Shown one piece after another: positions 38,488 to 48,980 of a stretch of 64,000 nucleotides of DNA (its first letter is position 1; every line of letters starts with the position of its first letter). Source of the stretch: Cyanobacteria bacterium auto_48_18 (lineage in GTDB: Bacteria; Cyanobacteriota; Vampirovibrionia; Obscuribacterales; Obscuribacteraceae); assembly GCA_036170915.1 (NCBI GenBank), contig JAVHQC010000029.1, forward strand, positions 160,001 to 224,000, given 5' to 3'. A program made the translations under genes and the position numbers. Under the pieces are notes generated by a model. The model was not told where the DNA came from. It saw nothing but the letters and a program-made list of their open reading frames with translations, and ran no database searches.

Positions 38488-38581
38488 TCAAGAAAGTATC
38501 AAGATTGCCCTTCATCACAGCACCTTAAGACCATCTTGATAGTTTCTTGATACGTCTGCCCAATTTTTGATACCAGGTTGA
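38488..38581. promoter_or_regulatory. divergent TCTTGA-N5 operators, site B
   Basis: Minus strand: TCAAGA 38488 and 38499, with TATAGT 12 nt downstream. Plus strand: CCTTAA 38523, TCTTGA 38534 and 38545, TTTTGA 38565, GGTTGA 38576. Confidence 0.7.
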
Positions 38582-38626
38582 CGACCAAAAGAGTTAGATA
38601 TTGATGTCATCCTGCGAGGACGGGCA

Positions 38627-38851
38627 ATGGATATTCTAATAATCGTCTTTCTCTTTTTTCTGGCTTGGCTAGGCGGTCACTTACTAGACAAAGTCTTTAC
38701 GGTGACTGAGAAAATCGTGCACTTCATCGCAGGCCACGAAGAAGTCGAAAACACAGAATCTTCTGTGCCTGTGCCCACGCAAAAAGTTTTACTCAGAGAC
38801 AACCACCCGGTGAGGCTCTATGTAGTGCCATCGGCAACGGCAAGACACTAA
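38627..38851 (+). CDS. small membrane protein
   Basis: GAGGA RBS and N-terminal TM; 12 nt upstream of the transporter. Confidence 0.6.
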   Translation: MDILIIVFLFFLAWLGGHLLDKVFTVTEKIVHFIAGHEEVENTESSVPVPTQKVLLRDNHPVRLYVVPSATARH

Positions 38852-38863
38852 GGCAACCCTTTA

Positions 38864-40810
38864 ATGAGCGAGAAAATGCAGATCAATAGTCAGGTCCTGG
38901 CCGACAGGCAGCTAATACAGGATGGCCCATTGCCTCAGAAAAGCCAAGACGCAAAAAAGAGAGATCATTCAAAAGAACAAGCGTCGTGGTGGCGCGTGAT
39001 GTGTTTAACTGGTGTGGATTATTTTTCCACACTCGGTTACCAGCCTGGCATCGCCTTTCTGGCAGCCAGCATTCTTTCCCCCCTGGCAACACTGATTGTA
39101 GTTTTACTAACTTTATTCGGTGCCCTCCCTGTTTACTGGGTGGTAGCTCGGGAGAGCCCGCATGGTCAGGGAAGTATTTCAATGCTGGAAAAGCTTTTTC
39201 CAGGCTGGATCGGAAAAACAGTTGTTCTGGTGCTACTCGGTTTTGCGGCCACAGATTTTGTCATCACCATTACTCTCTCTGCTGCCGACGCCACCGCCCA
39301 TATTCTAGAGAATCCTTTTGTTCAGCACCTTAGCTTCATTCCTCACAATCCAATATATTGCACCAGCCTGTTGCTGCTGCTTTTGGCCGGTGTTTTCCTC
39401 CTTGGTTTCCGAGAAGCCATAGGTATTTCAGCAGTTTTAGTGGTCGCTTATATCAGCCTTAGCGTCTACATCCTGGCTGTCAGCGGTCAGAAAATTTTTG
39501 CCCATCCAGAACTTATCCACCAATGGCATTTGCAACTAGATGCCAAATATATAAATCCTTTGACTATGATTGCCGCTGCTGCTCTGGTTTTTCCTAAACT
39601 TGCCTTAGGTCTCTCCGGTTTTGAAACGGGAGTTTCAGTGATGCCCCTGGTCAAAGGAAAGGCAGATGATGATCCACTCCACCCGAAAGGCCGCATAGCA
39701 AACACAAGAAAGTTGCTGGTGTCTGCTGCGCTAATAATGAGTGTAATGCTCATAGCCAGCAGTTTGGTCACGACTTTGCTCATTCCTGCCGAAAAGTTTG
39801 CCATAGGTGGCGAAGCTAATGGTCGAGCAATTTCTTATCTGGCGCACCTCTATATGGGTCCAACTTTTGGCACCATATATGATGTGGTGACCATCGCCAT
39901 TCTCTGGTTCGCCGGTGCTTCCGCCCTGGCAGGTTTACTCACGCTCGTGCCCAGGTATCTTCCGCGATACGGCATGGCACCAGAATGGACAGCCGCCACC
40001 AGACCTCTAGTAATGTTCTTTGCTGCGGTCACGATTGGTGTGACCATCATCTTTAAAGCCAATGTAGATGCACAAGCTGCTGCTTATGCCACCGGTGTAC
40101 TGGTGCTGATGACTTCGGCGGCCACTGCCGTTACCGTAAGCATGTGGCACAGGGCGCGTATCCTGCGCTACGGTTTCATGACTATTACAGCGATACTGCT
40201 CTATACCACCGGCGCCAATATGGTGGAAAGACCAGATGGTATTCAAATTGCCGGTTTCTTCATTGTGACTATCTTACTGATCTCGCTGTTTTCTCGAGTG
40301 GCAAGATCGCTTGAGCTGAGAATTAAGAAAGTCAGCTTTGACACCACGGCGCTCAATTTTATCAATGACCGCGTTGCCAAAGGCCCACTGAGAATCATTG
40401 CTCACAGGCCTGGTGGGGCTGCATATCCAGTTAAAATGGAAGAATTAAGAGAGACCCACGGTCTGAACATGAGCAGCGAGAATGTCATTTTCCTTGAAGT
40501 GACCGCTCTTGACCCGTCAGAGTTTGAAGATGAAGTGCTCGACGTCAGTGGCATTACAAATGGTAAATACAGAATTATGCGCTGTCAGAGCCCTGCGGTA
40601 CCAAATGCCATTGCTGCTCTATTGCTGTCCATTAGAGACTCAAGCGGTGTCAATCCGCATGTATACTTTGGTTGGACTGAGGGTAGCCCCGCCATGTATG
40701 CTTTTAAATACATCTTTTTCGGAGAAGGCGAAACCGCACCGTTAACCAGAGAAATTTTGCGCAGCATTGAGAAGGATGTTAAAAAACGACCGGTGGTGCA
40801 CGTCGGATGA
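38864..40810 (+). CDS. APC/KUP-superfamily KimA-like potassium transporter
   Basis: About 12 TM segments. [16 protein letters not shown] and LSGFETG align with KimA SDALSSVAY, DY.LT and TGVE. The C-terminal domain differs from canonical KimA. Confidence 0.8.
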   Translation: MSEKMQINSQVLADRQLIQDGPLPQKSQDAKKRDHSKEQASWWRVMCLTGVDYFSTLGYQPGIAFLAASILSPLATLIVVLLTLFGALPVYWVVARESPHGQGSISMLEKLFPGWIGKTVVLVLLGFAATDFVITITLSAADATAHILENPFVQHLSFIPHNPIYCTSLLLLLLAGVFLLGFREAIGISAVLVVAYISLSVYILAVSGQKIFAHPELIHQWHLQLDAKYINPLTMIAAAALVFPKLALGLSGFETGVSVMPLVKGKADDDPLHPKGRIANTRKLLVSAALIMSVMLIASSLVTTLLIPAEKFAIGGEANGRAISYLAHLYMGPTFGTIYDVVTIAILWFAGASALAGLLTLVPRYLPRYGMAPEWTAATRPLVMFFAAVTIGVTIIFKANVDAQAAAYATGVLVLMTSAATAVTVSMWHRARILRYGFMTITAILLYTTGANMVERPDGIQIAGFFIVTILLISLFSRVARSLELRIKKVSFDTTALNFINDRVAKGPLRIIAHRPGGAAYPVKMEELRETHGLNMSSENVIFLEVTALDPSEFEDEVLDVSGITNGKYRIMRCQSPAVPNAIAALLLSIRDSSGVNPHVYFGWTEGSPAMYAFKYIFFGEGETAPLTREILRSIEKDVKKRPVVHVG

Positions 40811-40842
40811 AGAGAATGTCAGCTGTTCTGGACAATTAAACA

Positions 40843-42348
40843 ATGCAACACGTCTGGAAACTCTGTATCGGCATAGCAAGCGTAGTTTTAGTTACGGCTC
40901 TGATTGTGGTAGTGCGGCTCGATTTCGTTCTAGCAAACGTGTCTATGGTCTACCTGCTTGTTGTATTTCTCGTAGGTCTATATGTTGGTCGCAGCGCTGC
41001 CATTATCTCGTCGATTTTATCTTTTATTGCTATAGACTGGTTTTTCGTTGAACCAAAGTACACTCTTTCTGTACACGACTCTTCTGAATGGCTTGCCCTT
41101 TGCACGTTTCTTTTGGTTTCAACAATTACCGGTCAGCTAACATCAAGAGTAAGGTCGACAGCGGCTGAAGCAAAACAGCGGCAGACTGAAACCGAAACAC
41201 TAGCTAAAGCCAGTTGGGCAGTCTCTTCTCAATTAACCACTGAAGAGGCTTTAACTGAAGTTTTAAAGCAACTGAAGCGTATCGCAGATGTAGAAGCTGC
41301 TGCCGTTGTCACATTTGATAAATTTGGCAATGTGGTTTTACGAGCTGGTATTGGCGCCGAAGACCGCAACCGCAATGAAATTCTTATCTGTGAAATCAAG
41401 AAGCAACTTGATTCAGCACGCCTTGACCCAGCCAGCAAAACCCTGTGGACGCCCGTTGCCAGCGGCGGTGAACAAGCAGGCGCTGTATATATAAAGCTCA
41501 GTGAGGTAACAAAAGAAACCCCAGAGCAAAAACGTTTAATTGACACGCTTGTAAATCATGCAGTGGTAATTTTACAGAGAGAAGAATTGATGAAAGAGCA
41601 ATCACACGTTCAAGCTCTCAAAGAAGTAGACAAACTCAAAACAGCACTTCTATCGATGATTTCTCACGATTTCAGAAGCCCGCTAACTGGAATAAAAGCT
41701 GCGGTATCAGCGCTTTTGCAAGAACCAATTTATCAACAAAATGATACTGCAGATGCCAAATTACTTTTGCAAGGCATAGAAGACGAAGCAGACCGTATCA
41801 ATCGCATGGTGGGCAATGTGCTCAATCTTTCCCGACTGGAAGCCGATGCCTGGAAACCTAATTTAGAAAGCAGTTCGCTGGCAGAGTTAATCGGTTCGGC
41901 CCTTGCCTCTTTCTCGGCCGACGACAACCGCCGCATAACAGTGCGCCTGCCGCGGGATATGGCCGACGTGATGGTCGATCAAGTACAAATTGAACAAGTG
42001 ATCAAGAATCTGGTTGATAACTCCCTTAAATACTCCGATAAATCAACTCTTATAGAAATTACGGTCAATACACTCGATGACGAGTTAATAATCAGTGTAA
42101 TGGACCGAGGTCTCGGCATCTCTGAAGAAGATTTGCCACTGATTTTTGATCGTTTTTATCGCAATCAGGCGTTAAAAGAAAGCTCCACACCTGGCGCTGG
42201 TATTGGTTTGGCCATTTGCCGGTCACTAGTGGAAGCACACCACGGCCAAATTTCAGCTCGCTCTCGCAACGGCGGAGGCGCCATATTTGAGATAAGATTG
42301 CCCGTGAAATTAAAACAACCGCTGCTTACCACCATTGACGAAGCATAA
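40843..42348 (+). CDS. N-terminally truncated KdpD-like histidine kinase (DUF4118-GAF-HisKA-HATPase)
   Basis: MVYLL.V, DWFFVEP.YT, SHDFRSPL, G.GIGLAICR. It lacks the KdpD-N ATP-binding and Usp domains. Confidence 0.88.
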   Translation: MQHVWKLCIGIASVVLVTALIVVVRLDFVLANVSMVYLLVVFLVGLYVGRSAAIISSILSFIAIDWFFVEPKYTLSVHDSSEWLALCTFLLVSTITGQLTSRVRSTAAEAKQRQTETETLAKASWAVSSQLTTEEALTEVLKQLKRIADVEAAAVVTFDKFGNVVLRAGIGAEDRNRNEILICEIKKQLDSARLDPASKTLWTPVASGGEQAGAVYIKLSEVTKETPEQKRLIDTLVNHAVVILQREELMKEQSHVQALKEVDKLKTALLSMISHDFRSPLTGIKAAVSALLQEPIYQQNDTADAKLLLQGIEDEADRINRMVGNVLNLSRLEADAWKPNLESSSLAELIGSALASFSADDNRRITVRLPRDMADVMVDQVQIEQVIKNLVDNSLKYSDKSTLIEITVNTLDDELIISVMDRGLGISEEDLPLIFDRFYRNQALKESSTPGAGIGLAICRSLVEAHHGQISARSRNGGGAIFEIRLPVKLKQPLLTTIDEA

Positions 42349-43037
42349 TGAGAATTCTTGTAATCGATGACGAGCCCCAAATAAGACGAGCCTTGAAAAT
42401 GGGTCTCGAAAGAAATGACTATCAAGTCGGTTTGGCTGGCAGTGGCGAGGAAGGCCTTGATAAAATGGCCACTGAACCTTTTGATCTGGTAGTTCTTGAT
42501 CTTGCCATGCCGGGAATGGATGGTTTTGACGTTTGTAAACAGATCCGCAGCTGGAGCCAAATTCCGATTTTAGTACTGTCTGTACGTGACAGCGAAGAAG
42601 ACAAGATTAAGGCTTTAGATTGTGGTGCCGACGACTATCTGACTAAACCATTCGGTGTGGGCGAACTGCTGGCGCGCACAAGAGCGATCATCCGCCGTGC
42701 TAAGAGTTCAGAGGCTTCAAGTAGCTCCCCTATTTTCAACGAAGGAAATTTACAGGTTGATTTTGACAAGAGAATTGTCACCATATCTGGTGACACAGTG
42801 CACCTGACGCCTAAAGAATATGATCTACTACAAATGATGATTAACAATACCAACCGCGTGCTTACGCATCGGCAACTGTTAACCAAAGTTTGGGGCCTAG
42901 AATACGCTGAAGACCACCACTCTTTAAGAGTGCATGTGGCCAATCTACGCAACAAAATTGAAAGCGACCCCACCAGGCCCAAGCTGATTCAAACAGAAAC
43001 TCGCATCGGTTACCGCTTTGTTTCTAGCGTTTCTTAA
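42348..43037 (+). CDS. KdpE-like response regulator
   Basis: DDEPQIRR, IR.WS..PI.VLS.R, HLTPKEY, VLTHRQLL..VWG, LRVHVANLR.KIE.DP.RP. Confidence 0.92.
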   Translation: MRILVIDDEPQIRRALKMGLERNDYQVGLAGSGEEGLDKMATEPFDLVVLDLAMPGMDGFDVCKQIRSWSQIPILVLSVRDSEEDKIKALDCGADDYLTKPFGVGELLARTRAIIRRAKSSEASSSSPIFNEGNLQVDFDKRIVTISGDTVHLTPKEYDLLQMMINNTNRVLTHRQLLTKVWGLEYAEDHHSLRVHVANLRNKIESDPTRPKLIQTETRIGYRFVSSVS

Positions 43038-43085
43038 TAGACCATCCATTCAATATCCAAAAGATATGGCATTTCAACGTAATAG

Positions 43086-43116
43086 CCTTGAATTTTAAAT
43101 CTTGATCAAATCTTGA
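43086..43116 (+). promoter_or_regulatory. TCTTGA-N5 operator, site C
   Basis: TCTTGA 43100 and 43111, plus CCTTGA 43086. Confidence 0.6.
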
Positions 43117-43165
43117 CCTTTATAACCTGATTTTAAGTATAGTCAATGCTTTCAAACCTCTTGGA

Positions 43166-44215
43166 GTGTCATTGATGGGTTCAGGCAGGCAAAAGCGGGC
43201 GATAATTGCAGTACTGGCAACGTGGCCAATCACCTGTACCAATTGTTTGGCTCAAAACGCTCTACCGCTGGCTCCGCCTTTGCCCAATCCGGCAAGAACG
43301 TCACCGGCTTCCGGCCGAGCGAATAGCGTGCTGGTGCCACAACAGATTCTGCGTTCAGGCATCAACGTAAACAGTCGTGGAATTTCGGTCAACACTACAC
43401 AACTGGCCTCTGAACTGAATTTGCTTAGCCCTCTCAAACGTATGCAAGAGTTGAGAAGAAAAATTAGCCAGCATTCTGGTGCCGCCACCATTGAGTCGCT
43501 CAGTGACCGGCAAGAATTACTTGAGCTGAACCAGAGAGCGCAAAATGTGCTTGTACAAACGGCTCTGGAAATTGATTTTGTTCTGGCCGAAATTGACGCT
43601 GAGCAAAATCTTTATAGTGAGGTTCTTTCAAGTTTTCAAACATCTAGAGATAAGCTGGTGGCGCGCATTAACGCCGGCAGCTTTATACTAAACGGGGCTC
43701 TGTGGGCTGTCTGCGAAAGCCTGGCAATTCCTGCCGCCAAGTATCCCGGTTACGCCGTGCAATCAGGAATTGTTGGTATCGCTGCTGGTATCGTGCCATC
43801 GATTGCTTCGGGTTATGCGCTTAAAGCATACAGTGGCAAACACAAGCGCTCTGAAGTAGAGCCGAATATGTTGGCCAAGATTTTCGATCGACCAATCAAT
43901 GAAGACATCGACTATCCCAGATCTGTCTGGACATTTCTCAACTCGGTGCCTGCCAGCGAGGCCACCACAAGAACGCGAAGAGAGCAGCTCATAGACCGGT
44001 GGGTCAGCGATAAAAATATTCCCTCATTCACAGACAAAGCATCAGCTAAAGAAATCGACATTATTACGGCTACTGTTTCGCAAAAAAAAGGCCTTTCCAT
44101 CGACTATCTCACCGTTCGTCAAACTATGCTTGAACAGTTGCAAGGTGAAGTGGCAAAAATGAAGCGCATGCTCATGGAGATTGCCATGGTGATCACTGGC
44201 GAAAAAGAAGTCTAA
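43166..44215 (+). CDS. exported hypothetical protein
   Basis: 349-aa ORF with a signal-like N-terminus, coiled coil and a hydrophobic hairpin. Confidence 0.7.
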   Translation: MSLMGSGRQKRAIIAVLATWPITCTNCLAQNALPLAPPLPNPARTSPASGRANSVLVPQQILRSGINVNSRGISVNTTQLASELNLLSPLKRMQELRRKISQHSGAATIESLSDRQELLELNQRAQNVLVQTALEIDFVLAEIDAEQNLYSEVLSSFQTSRDKLVARINAGSFILNGALWAVCESLAIPAAKYPGYAVQSGIVGIAAGIVPSIASGYALKAYSGKHKRSEVEPNMLAKIFDRPINEDIDYPRSVWTFLNSVPASEATTRTRREQLIDRWVSDKNIPSFTDKASAKEIDIITATVSQKKGLSIDYLTVRQTMLEQLQGEVAKMKRMLMEIAMVITGEKEV

Positions 44216-44218
44216 TTT

Positions 44219-44267
44219 TCTTGACAAAATCTTGACGTAGATTGATGTCATCTTGATACGTTCTTGG
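44219..44267 (+). promoter_or_regulatory. five phased TCTTGA-like boxes, kdp promoter (site D)
   Basis: TCTTGA 44219, TCTTGA 44230, GATTGA 44240, TCTTGA 44251, TCTTGG 44262. Confidence 0.75.
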
Positions 44268-44327
44268 CGCGGGCAGTTGTTACATAGAGGAGCACGAAGG
44301 TGTTCTTCTAATTAGCAAGGTTTCCTT

Positions 44328-44426
44328 ATGTCCGACCTGATAAGCATTTCTCTCTTTGCCATTCTATGGCTTGCGGCTTTTGGCCTGGTCTGGAGTTGTA
44401 CCAAGCTTTTGGCCTTAAAACAATGA
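44328..44426 (+). CDS. 32-aa hydrophobic peptide upstream of kdpF (KdpZ/KdpY-like position)
   Basis: MSDLISISLFAILWLAAFGLVWSCTKLLALKQ; ATGA overlap with kdpF. Confidence 0.7.
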   Translation: MSDLISISLFAILWLAAFGLVWSCTKLLALKQ

Positions 44427-44515
44427 GCATCATTTACATAATATCCGGCCTGGTGGCAGCTGTTCTAATGGTTTATCTCCTGGCGGCTTTAGTTTTACCC
44501 GAGCGTTTTTCATGA
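44423..44515 (+). CDS. kdpF: K+-transporting ATPase subunit F
   Basis: [30 protein letters not shown] with the YL..AL..PERF signature; ATGA overlap with kdpA. Confidence 0.9.
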   Translation: MSIIYIISGLVAAVLMVYLLAALVLPERFS

Positions 44516-46281
44516 TTACCTCCGACCTGTTTCAAATTGTTTTCTTTCTACTGGTGCTAATTGGTCTGGCAATACCCCTGGGTAATTACATGGCCATGGT
44601 TTACAGCCGCAGTGATTCCGACCTCGGCAAAACCTCAATTTCCAAATTCTTCATTGCTTCTGAAAAAGCGCTGTATAAAGTATGTGGCGTTAAAGATAAC
44701 GAAGAAATGGGTTGGGTAGTTTACGCCAAGGCAATGCTAGTCTTCAACGCCATCGGTATGCTCTTTACTTATGCCGTCCAAAGGCTGCAAAGTTTTTTGC
44801 CCGCCAATCCGCAAAATTTACCAGCAGTTTCGGCCGACAGTGCTTTTAACAGCGCCGTTAGCTTTGCCAGCAATACAAACTGGCAAGGTTACAGCGGTGA
44901 GGCAACCATGAGTTATCTCACTCAAATGCTCGTCTTTACCGCGCAAAATTTTCTCTCAGCTGCCACGGGAATGGCTGTTTTGATAGCCTTGACAAGAGCA
45001 TTCACCAGGCAACAAGTAGATACCATCGGCAATTTCTTCGTTGATCTAACTCGCTCAGTTATTTATATTCTGTTGCCTTTATCTCTGGTATTGGCTCTGG
45101 CTCTGGTATCGCAAGGCACTGTGCAAACCATGGGCCAATATTGCCAATATACGCCTCTAGACCAAACGCTTACTGCGGCCAAGGCCGAACCGAATACCGT
45201 CTATAACATCGCCCGCGGGCCGGCAGCTTCACAAATAGCAATCAAACAACTAGGCACTAATGGTGGTGGCTTCTTCAACGTGAACTCTAGCCACCCTCTA
45301 GAAAATCCCACACCCCTGAGCAACTTCCTTGAAATGCTGGCAATACTGTTGATACCAGCTGCTCTCTGCCAGACTTTCGGCAAGATGGTGGGCAGCACAA
45401 GAAACGGCATGGCCTTACTTGCTGCCATGGTAATCATTTTTGTCGGCTGCCTGGCAATTTGCTATATTCCGGAGCACGCAGGCAATCCAGCCTTCAAGGC
45501 TTTCGGCATTGACCTCGAGACCCGCGCCGACAACTGTGGCGGCAATATGGAAGGCAAAGAAGTACGGTTCGGCATAGTCAATTCGGCACTGTGGGCAGTG
45601 GCAACTACAGCCGCCTCTAATGGCTCAGTTAATTCAATGCATGATTCCTTTACACCACTGGCAGGGCTTGTGCCTATGCTGCTGATGCAGCTGGGTGAAG
45701 TTGTCTTCGGCGGGGTAGGTTCTGGTCTTTACGGCATGATTGTCTTTGCCGTGATCACCGTATTTATTGCTGGTTTGATGGTTGGGCGCACACCTGAATA
45801 TTTGGGCAAGAAAATAGAAGCTTTTGAAATGAAAATGTCTTCGCTGGTTATTCTCTTTCCACCGATGATGGTTTTGTTGGGAACGGCTCTGGCTGTCTGC
45901 TGCAAAGAAGGGGCGGCAGGGGTGTGCAATCCGGGCGCCCATGGCTTCAGTGAAATTCTCTATGCCTTTTCTTCGGCCGGCAATAATAATGGCAGTGCTT
46001 TTGCTGGTTTAAGCGCCAATACTCCTTTTTACAATTATTGCCTGGGCATCGCCATGTTCGTTGGCCGCTACGCTCTGGCAGTGCCGGTTATTGCTCTAGC
46101 AGGGTCTCTGGTAACGAAAAAGAAAGTACCCACCGGCAGTGGCACCATGACCACCGATAACTGGTTATTTGTTGTCTTGCTGATTGGCGTGGTTCTAATA
46201 TTTGGTGGGCTGACATTTGTGCCCGCATTAGCTCTAGGACCCATTGTAGAACAACTTCAGATGATATTTGCAGGAAAATGA
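44512..46281 (+). CDS. kdpA: K+-transporting ATPase subunit A
   Basis: [39 protein letters not shown]. Confidence 0.98.
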   Translation: MITSDLFQIVFFLLVLIGLAIPLGNYMAMVYSRSDSDLGKTSISKFFIASEKALYKVCGVKDNEEMGWVVYAKAMLVFNAIGMLFTYAVQRLQSFLPANPQNLPAVSADSAFNSAVSFASNTNWQGYSGEATMSYLTQMLVFTAQNFLSAATGMAVLIALTRAFTRQQVDTIGNFFVDLTRSVIYILLPLSLVLALALVSQGTVQTMGQYCQYTPLDQTLTAAKAEPNTVYNIARGPAASQIAIKQLGTNGGGFFNVNSSHPLENPTPLSNFLEMLAILLIPAALCQTFGKMVGSTRNGMALLAAMVIIFVGCLAICYIPEHAGNPAFKAFGIDLETRADNCGGNMEGKEVRFGIVNSALWAVATTAASNGSVNSMHDSFTPLAGLVPMLLMQLGEVVFGGVGSGLYGMIVFAVITVFIAGLMVGRTPEYLGKKIEAFEMKMSSLVILFPPMMVLLGTALAVCCKEGAAGVCNPGAHGFSEILYAFSSAGNNNGSAFAGLSANTPFYNYCLGIAMFVGRYALAVPVIALAGSLVTKKKVPTGSGTMTTDNWLFVVLLIGVVLIFGGLTFVPALALGPIVEQLQMIFAGK

Positions 46282-48371
46282 ACACAGTTAAAACCACTAA
46301 TTCTCAATCAATTAATGCCCAATCGATGCTCGCATCAGGTGTTCTGACTAAGGCAATACTTGATTCTTTCGTCAAGCTAGACCCACGCATTCAGGCTCGC
46401 AATCCGGTGATGTTTGTAGTTGAGCTCGGCAGCATCATTACCACAATGCTCTTTTTTGCCGCTCTCTCAGGACAGGCCGAAGCATCACCATTCTTCATTT
46501 TCTCAATCTCACTCTGGCTGTGGTTCACTGTGCTCTTCGCCAATTTCGCTGAGTCCATGGCAGAAGGGCGAGGCAAGGCTCAAGCAGATTCACTGCGCAA
46601 ATCGCGAAAACATGTCACTGCTAAAAAACTGGCAGATAGCTCGCGAAATTCAGCGGTAAAAGTGATTTCTTCAAGTGAACTGCGCCAAGGCAATATCGTT
46701 CTAGTCGAAGCAGGCGACATCATACCCGGAGACGGAGAAGTAATTGAAGGAGTAGCATCGGTAGACGAAAGCGCCATTACAGGCGAGAGCGCTCCAGTAA
46801 TTAGAGAAAGTGGTGGCGACCGCAGTGCCGTAACTGGTGGCACACGAGTTTTGTCAGACTGGTTGGTAATCAAAATAACCACAAATCCGGGCGAAACATT
46901 TCTAGACAGAATGATCTCAATGGTAGAAGGGGCGAAAAGGCAAAAGACACCCAACGAAATTGCTTTAAATATTTTGTTAGCGGCTCTGACACTGGTGTTT
47001 CTTCTAGTCACTTTTACTCTGTATCCATTTTCAGCCTACAGTGCATCAATTTCGCACAGCGGCCAACCAGTCACATTAACAGTGCTTGTGGCCCTACTTG
47101 TTTGTCTGATTCCCACAACAATCGGCGGCCTGCTTTCAGCCATTGGTATCGCTGGTATGGACCGACTGATTAAGGCCAATGTAATTGCCATGTCTGGTCG
47201 AGCAGTAGAAGCTGCTGGAGATGTGGACATGCTGCTGCTGGACAAAACAGGCACAATTACCATGGGCAATCGCCAGGCCACAATGTTTGTGCCAGCGAAA
47301 GGAGTGCCCGAGCTCGAGCTGGCAGACGCCGCTCAAATTGCTTCACTGGCTGATGAAACTCCAGAGGGGCGCAGCATAGTGGTGCTGGCTAAGCAAAAGT
47401 TTGCCATTCGCGAGCGCAATATGCAAGAACTGGGTGCCTCATTTATCAACTTTTCGGCCCAAACTAGAATCAGCGGCGTAGATTTTGACGGCCGCGAAAT
47501 TCGCAAAGGGGCAGCTGACACTATCGAAGCGTACGTAGTTGACCAGGGTGGTAATTATCCTGACGAAGTACGCGAAGCGGTATCAAAAATCGCCAGAGAA
47601 GGTGGCACACCACTAGTAGTGGCAGATCGCGATCGAGTGCTTGGCACCGTGCAGTTAAAAGATATCGTTAAAGGCGGAATTAAAGAACGCTTTGCCGAGC
47701 TGCGTGCCATGGGCATCAAAACCGTCATGATCACCGGCGACAACCCACTAACAGCTGCGGCCATCGCCGCCGAAGCTGGTGTTGACGACTACCTCGCCCA
47801 GGCCACGCCAGAAGAAAAGCTCAGATTGATAAGGGAAGCCCAGGCCGGTGGCCGCCTGGTGGCTATGACCGGAGACGGCACCAATGACGCGCCGGCCCTG
47901 GCACAGGCTGATGTGGCAGTGGCAATGAATTCAGGCACCCAGGCCGCTAAAGAGGCCTGCAATATGGTCGATCTTGATTCTAATCCGACTAAGCTGATTC
48001 AAATTGTTGAAATCGGCAAGCAACTTTTGATGACGCGCGGTGCTTTGACCACTTTTAGCATTGCCAATGACGTAGCAAAATATTTTGCCATCATACCCGC
48101 GGCTTTCGCCAGTACTTATCCAATATTGAACAAACTCAATGTTATGCAACTGGCCAGCCCGCAAAGTGCGGTACTATCGGCGGTGATTTTCAATGCTCTG
48201 ATAATTCTCTGCTTGCTGCCGCTGGCATTGCGTGGAGTGCGCTATCGTGCCGTCGGTGCGTCTATTCTGCTACGCAATAATTTGCTTGTTTACGGTCTCG
48301 GGGGCATCATTGCGCCATTTGTCGGCATAAAAATAATCGATATGCTTTTGACCGCACTCAAACTAGTTTAA
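46278..48371 (+). CDS. kdpB: K+-transporting ATPase subunit B
   Basis: TGES, CLIPTTI, DKTGT, KGA, TGDN, GDGTND. Confidence 0.98.
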   Translation: MNTVKTTNSQSINAQSMLASGVLTKAILDSFVKLDPRIQARNPVMFVVELGSIITTMLFFAALSGQAEASPFFIFSISLWLWFTVLFANFAESMAEGRGKAQADSLRKSRKHVTAKKLADSSRNSAVKVISSSELRQGNIVLVEAGDIIPGDGEVIEGVASVDESAITGESAPVIRESGGDRSAVTGGTRVLSDWLVIKITTNPGETFLDRMISMVEGAKRQKTPNEIALNILLAALTLVFLLVTFTLYPFSAYSASISHSGQPVTLTVLVALLVCLIPTTIGGLLSAIGIAGMDRLIKANVIAMSGRAVEAAGDVDMLLLDKTGTITMGNRQATMFVPAKGVPELELADAAQIASLADETPEGRSIVVLAKQKFAIRERNMQELGASFINFSAQTRISGVDFDGREIRKGAADTIEAYVVDQGGNYPDEVREAVSKIAREGGTPLVVADRDRVLGTVQLKDIVKGGIKERFAELRAMGIKTVMITGDNPLTAAAIAAEAGVDDYLAQATPEEKLRLIREAQAGGRLVAMTGDGTNDAPALAQADVAVAMNSGTQAAKEACNMVDLDSNPTKLIQIVEIGKQLLMTRGALTTFSIANDVAKYFAIIPAAFASTYPILNKLNVMQLASPQSAVLSAVIFNALIILCLLPLALRGVRYRAVGASILLRNNLLVYGLGGIIAPFVGIKIIDMLLTALKLV

Positions 48372-48392
48372 GAAATTTCCGAGGACAGCATC

Positions 48393-48977
48393 ATGTCAAT
48401 TGTTAGACCAGCAGCTACTCTATTTGCACTAATGACGGTATTAACAGGAATAATTTATCCACTTTCTGTCACCATCTGTGCTCAGACATTTTTTAAAGAA
48501 CAGGCCGAAGGCAGCCTGATCTACCGCACTGTCGACAACAAAAACATAGTTGTAGGCTCTCGTCTTTTGGGACAAACTTTTGTAGACAACAAATATTTCT
48601 GGTCGCGCCCCTCTGCCACCAGCCCCGCTTACAATGCCGCTGCCTCTTCAGGCTCCAATCTGGGACCAACTAATCAAGACTATTTGAACGCAGTTCAGAA
48701 GCGCTGCAAAGATTGGCGCAACCAACCGGCTAATGCATTGGCCACAGAGAGTAAAATTCCCGTTGATCTGGTAACGGCGTCAGGCAGCGGCTTAGACCCT
48801 GACATCAGCCCGGCAGCAGCAAAACTGCAAATCAAACGAGTTGCCACTACCCGCGGTCTCACAGTTGACGCGGTGACAACTCTGGTGACTCAACACACAC
48901 AAGGTCGACAATTTGGATTTTTAGGTGAACCGCGCGTCAATGTGCTCGAACTCAATCTAGCCCTCGACAAAATTTAA
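48393..48977 (+). CDS. kdpC: K+-transporting ATPase subunit C
   Basis: YF.SRPSA, SGSNLGPTN, DLVTASGSGLDPDIS, EPRVNVLELN. Confidence 0.97.
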   Translation: MSIVRPAATLFALMTVLTGIIYPLSVTICAQTFFKEQAEGSLIYRTVDNKNIVVGSRLLGQTFVDNKYFWSRPSATSPAYNAAASSGSNLGPTNQDYLNAVQKRCKDWRNQPANALATESKIPVDLVTASGSGLDPDISPAAAKLQIKRVATTRGLTVDAVTTLVTQHTQGRQFGFLGEPRVNVLELNLALDKI

Positions 48978-48980
48978 AAT

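Noticed and set aside
35359..44267. CRISPR array from the short repeated boxes
   Set aside because: The repeats are 6 bp at an 11-bp period, with no spacers and no cas genes.
38400..44330. c-di-AMP (ydaO) riboswitch upstream of the transporter or kdp
   Set aside because: The leaders are short and AT-rich, with no recognisable ydaO conserved blocks. An Infernal search would be decisive.
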